Below, piece by piece: positions 61,034 to 64,000 of a DNA stretch of 64,000 nucleotides. The notes below the pieces were generated by a model, which searched no databases, had not been told where the DNA came from, and saw only the letters and a program-made list of their open reading frames with translations. The position numbers and the translations under genes are program-made. Origin of the DNA: Candidatus Bathyarchaeia archaeon (lineage in GTDB: Archaea > Thermoproteota > Bathyarchaeia > Bathyarchaeales > Bathycorpusculaceae); NCBI GenBank assembly GCA_049512075.1, contig JBEKXL010000001.1, positions 160,001 to 224,000 on the forward strand, in the 5' to 3' direction. Numbering within the stretch: position 1 is the stretch's first letter; each line of letters begins with the position of its first letter.

Positions 61034-61225
61034 AGTTTCACATTGAGGACCGTGCGCTATTAAGGTTCAGAGAGCATCTAGGGAACAACACTTGCAGGCC
61101 GGAGTCCAGCAAGAAAACCATGATCCTCACAAGACCTCATGATAAAAAGTTCACAGTGCCCTAAGAAGCTTCAGGGGAAAATTAAGATAGTAGATGATTC
61201 GTACATTACCTAAAATAACCGCCGG

Positions 61226-61924
61226 ATGCTCGTCCGTGTTGAGGTGAAATTGAGCGTGAATTGGGGGCTAGTGACACTTGCGATGGAGTTTGTGAGCTCT
61301 CTGATAAGCTTCATCCTTGGATACTACGCGTTGAAGGGTTACCGGGCGTCTGGTTCTCGCGGACTCTTCCTTTTATACACGGCGTTCATGGTTCTCGGCA
61401 TCGGCATTTTCCTTCGACTGATAGCCCTGACTTACTTCGCTGTTATCCTTGGAGTTCACGAAGCATCGAGGGCTCAACTGCTCGGCCTTGTCAACCTCAC
61501 CGTGTGAATTTACTCGGTGACTCAGCTTATAGCCTACAGCATCTTTGCGGTTACGTACATCCTGCAGGCGAGGGACCTCGGAAAACAAAGTACCGCTGCA
61601 TTTGCAGTTGCGGCCGCTGCTACCGTTCCCTTCAGTGCAAGCTTGTTCTTCATTCCGCAACTTGAACTTGGGGCTATAACATTGCTTGGCTTCGTAACCG
61701 TCTACTCCTTCATGAACCTGCTTCTGAGGAAGGGCAGCGATGCCACACTGGTGTTTCTTGGCTTTGGCTTCATGATGTTGAGCCATGTGTTCTTCCTACT
61801 GGAAGGATTCAAGAGTGCGTCAACAGCATTCCTGTTTCTGGGGCAGTTAACTCAGCTGACCGGGTTCGTCTGCCTGTTAATTATGCTGGCGAGGGTGAAC
61901 AAAATAAATGTCCCGAGAGCATAA
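61226..61924 (+). pseudogene. Multi-TM membrane protein with an in-frame TGA at 61505
   Basis: ORFs 61226-61507 and 61517-61924 share a frame; hydrophobic pattern is continuous (LTV*IYSVTQLIAY). Confidence 0.7.
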
Positions 61925-62198
61925 AGAATACCGCTCTAAGACCCGCATTTACGCCGACATACTAAACTCCATAATGAAACACGGCGGAAAATCCGGGCCA
62001 ACACGTATTCTTTATGGTGCAAACCTCTCATACGACAGGTTGATGAAACACCTCAGCCAGCTCATCGAGCTGGGACTGATTCAAGAGGAAAAAGAAGACG
62101 ACGAAGTCGTTTTCAAACTCAGCGACAAGGGCAGAGCCTTCGTGTTAGAATTCATCAAGGTAGAGAAGTTCGCCGAAGCCTTCGGAATAACCATCTAA
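61908..62198 (+). CDS. Winged-helix (HTH_45-like) transcription regulator
   Basis: RSKTRIYADIL, TRILYGANLSY and L.DKG motifs. Confidence 0.88.
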   Translation: MSREHKEYRSKTRIYADILNSIMKHGGKSGPTRILYGANLSYDRLMKHLSQLIELGLIQEEKEDDEVVFKLSDKGRAFVLEFIKVEKFAEAFGITI

Positions 62199-62268
62199 GC
62201 TCTATCGCACGCTACAGCTTTTCGGATGACGCTAAATTCTTATTGGCCATGTTGCCCTAGTAACAGAT

Positions 62269-63118
62269 TTGCTTTAGCGAAGGTGAATTTATAACGTCAG
62301 CAAAAAAAGGATGGAATATCATTTCCCGAAGCTATCAGCGGAAGACGAGAATCTCTCTTGAGGATGTGCATTACGGACCGATTTCAGCTGGAGAGCGGGA
62401 GCTGAAGCTGCTTGGAAAAGTGAAGGATAAAGATGCTCTTGAAGTCGGCTGCGGCGGTGGACAAAACGCTATAGTTCTTGCTAAATGGGGTGCTAGGTCT
62501 GTCGGTCTGGACATTTCTGAAGAACAGATTAAGCATGCCCGGAAACTCGCAAGGAAGGAAAAGGTGAGGGTTCCATTTCACGTTGGCAAAATGGAAGATC
62601 TAGGTGTCTTCAAGGCTGAAAGCTTTGACATTGTGCTCTCCTCATTCGCTGTGGAATATGCAGATGATATTCTGGCAGCTTTTGAGGAAGTCTTCAGGGT
62701 GTTACGGAAAACGGGATTGTTTGTCCTTGCTGTGACACATCCTATTATCGGCAGGGGGAGGACGTCACGTTGTGGAAAGAGAAGAATTTGGTCGGTGAGC
62801 AACTATTTTGACCGACGAAAACGCGTCTGGAAGTGGAAGGTCGAGGATGGTGTGGCTGAATTCCGCGGCCAGCAAGTAACAATTCAAGACTATTTTGACC
62901 TGCTCGGTGAAGCTGGTTTCGCTGTCGAACGAGTCTTGGAGCCCGAGCCGTACCCTATTGATAAAATGAGTGAGGCTGAACTCGCAAAGATTCCTTATTT
63001 GGAAGCTGGATACTTGAAAGATTACGATTTGTGGCAGAAAGTGCCTTACACCATCATTTTCAAAACTAGGAAGAACTTCAAAAGCGCCCACGACGCACTA
63101 GTTGGCGCTCGTAACTGA
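62269..63118 (+). CDS. Class I SAM-dependent methyltransferase (start uncertain)
   Basis: LEVGCGGG, GLDIS, FDIV and RVLRKTG; frame is open upstream of 62366 (AKKGWNIISRSYQ) with no in-frame canonical start. Confidence 0.85.
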
Positions 63119-63252
63119 TAACTGTGCGTCAGTCTGTTTCCAAAAAAAGAGAGCGCACTTGAAAAACGCATTTGATCTTCGGCGTTAACTACAGTTAATC
63201 TTAAATAGGTAAGCTGCACTACCGAACCTGTAAGTCATCTGGTGTAACATGG

Positions 63253-63945
63253 GTGCTGGTTGTCTCAAACATCGAGTTACCGACATACTTGCACGCAATG
63301 AAACCGACCGCGTTCCTGAACTCGTCAATAAAAGATTTTACTCTCAATCTTAACAATGACTACCGCTACTTGAAGACGGGCTACTATGTGTCTGTGCATG
63401 CGGAGGTTCTGGGAAACCGCGTGATTCCCTCAAGTGAGAGCATAATTGACGCCAGCAGAACGCCTATTTTACTGCTTAAAGCTTCAAAGGCCGAGATTCC
63501 AACCTTGCCTTATCTGGTCACCGGATCGGTGAAAAAGATAATCTCAGAACTTGGGTTTCCACTCGTCGTTTTCGCCGTCAACCCATTCTGCTACGACGGT
63601 TTCAGAATCGCCCAGAATAAGAGCGCACTGTACAGGGCCGTCAAGAGCCTAAGCATGAACTATAAGTTCGCTGTCTGCGCCCAGCCGCTTAAGGGTGAAA
63701 TGGTTTCGTTCAAGTCTGTCTTTGGAAAGTGTGAGATGGAGGGGGAGGTCGCAAATATTTCGATGAAGGTTTACGAAGTTTTTCGACTTCCAATATGCAA
63801 GTTACACGTGCAAAACGTTGGAAAAGAAGCGTACCTGTGCGGGCTCCAGCCCTTGAGGATGGAGGAGGTTTTGCCCGCGGATTTGGAAATGGCTAGTGAA
63901 GAGGTTTCTCGCATGTCGAGAAAGGGTGAACACCTAGTTGGCTAG
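63253..63945 (+). CDS. RimK-like ATP-grasp N-terminal (RLAN) domain protein
   Basis: NL..DYRYL.TGYYVS.HAE..G..VIPS motif. Confidence 0.8.
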   Translation: MLVVSNIELPTYLHAMKPTAFLNSSIKDFTLNLNNDYRYLKTGYYVSVHAEVLGNRVIPSSESIIDASRTPILLLKASKAEIPTLPYLVTGSVKKIISELGFPLVVFAVNPFCYDGFRIAQNKSALYRAVKSLSMNYKFAVCAQPLKGEMVSFKSVFGKCEMEGEVANISMKVYEVFRLPICKLHVQNVGKEAYLCGLQPLRMEEVLPADLEMASEEVSRMSRKGEHLVG

Positions 63946-64000
63946 GATAGCCTGTTTCGTCGAGAAGTACAACTTTTCAGATCAAAGAGAAGCAACTGCC
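63938..64000 (+). CDS. Probable RimK-family ATP-grasp ligase (3' partial)
   Basis: TTG start overlapping the RLAN stop, MARIACFVEKYNF; call rests on the usual RLAN-RimK pairing. Confidence 0.5.
   Translation, partial: MARIACFVEKYNFSDQREATA

Noticed and set aside
61505-61507. In-frame TGA as selenocysteine recoding
   Set aside because: It lies in a TM segment where Trp fits, with no redox motif and no SECIS recognised; a TGG>TGA change is simpler.
1-64000. CRISPR array, cas genes, rRNA genes, integrase or provirus
   Set aside because: No regularly spaced repeat-spacer array and no recognisable cas, rRNA, integrase or capsid sequence.

Overview
Archaeal chromosomal segment, most consistent with Bathyarchaeia (TACK), judged from gene content and protein style. 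The housekeeping backbone includes pth2, truD, a GPN GTPase, a HisJ-type PHP, radical SAM enzymes, PAC2, rpl7ae-rps28e-rpl24e, an intron-containing initiator tRNA-Met, ino1, ribK, acdA, thyX and htpX. Four regions stand out. (1) A ~22 kb archaellum locus (3 arlB, arlCDE-like, arlG, arlF, arlH, arlI, arlJ) is split by large surface-protein genes, including a 1300-aa triple-repeat protein. It has a TrmB-type regulator, shared upstream DNA motifs and two bracketing PAS paralogues, but no che genes in the window. (2) A 5.8 kb IS6-family cargo transposon (44565-50383) has 24-bp TIRs and an 8-bp TSD. It carries a Thr1 proteasome-beta-like protein, an AbrB-like regulator and a three-gene operon ending in a PIN nuclease. 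(3) A candidate ~163-nt structured ncRNA at 39185-39347 has its own BRE/TATA promoter and eight CUUG motifs. (4) A motif-rich 1.1 kb intergenic region contains four TAGCGCGCGC copies. Several genes are disrupted by homopolymer indels or a nonsense codon, which could be decay or assembly error. All calls come from reading the sequence by eye; no database searches were run.
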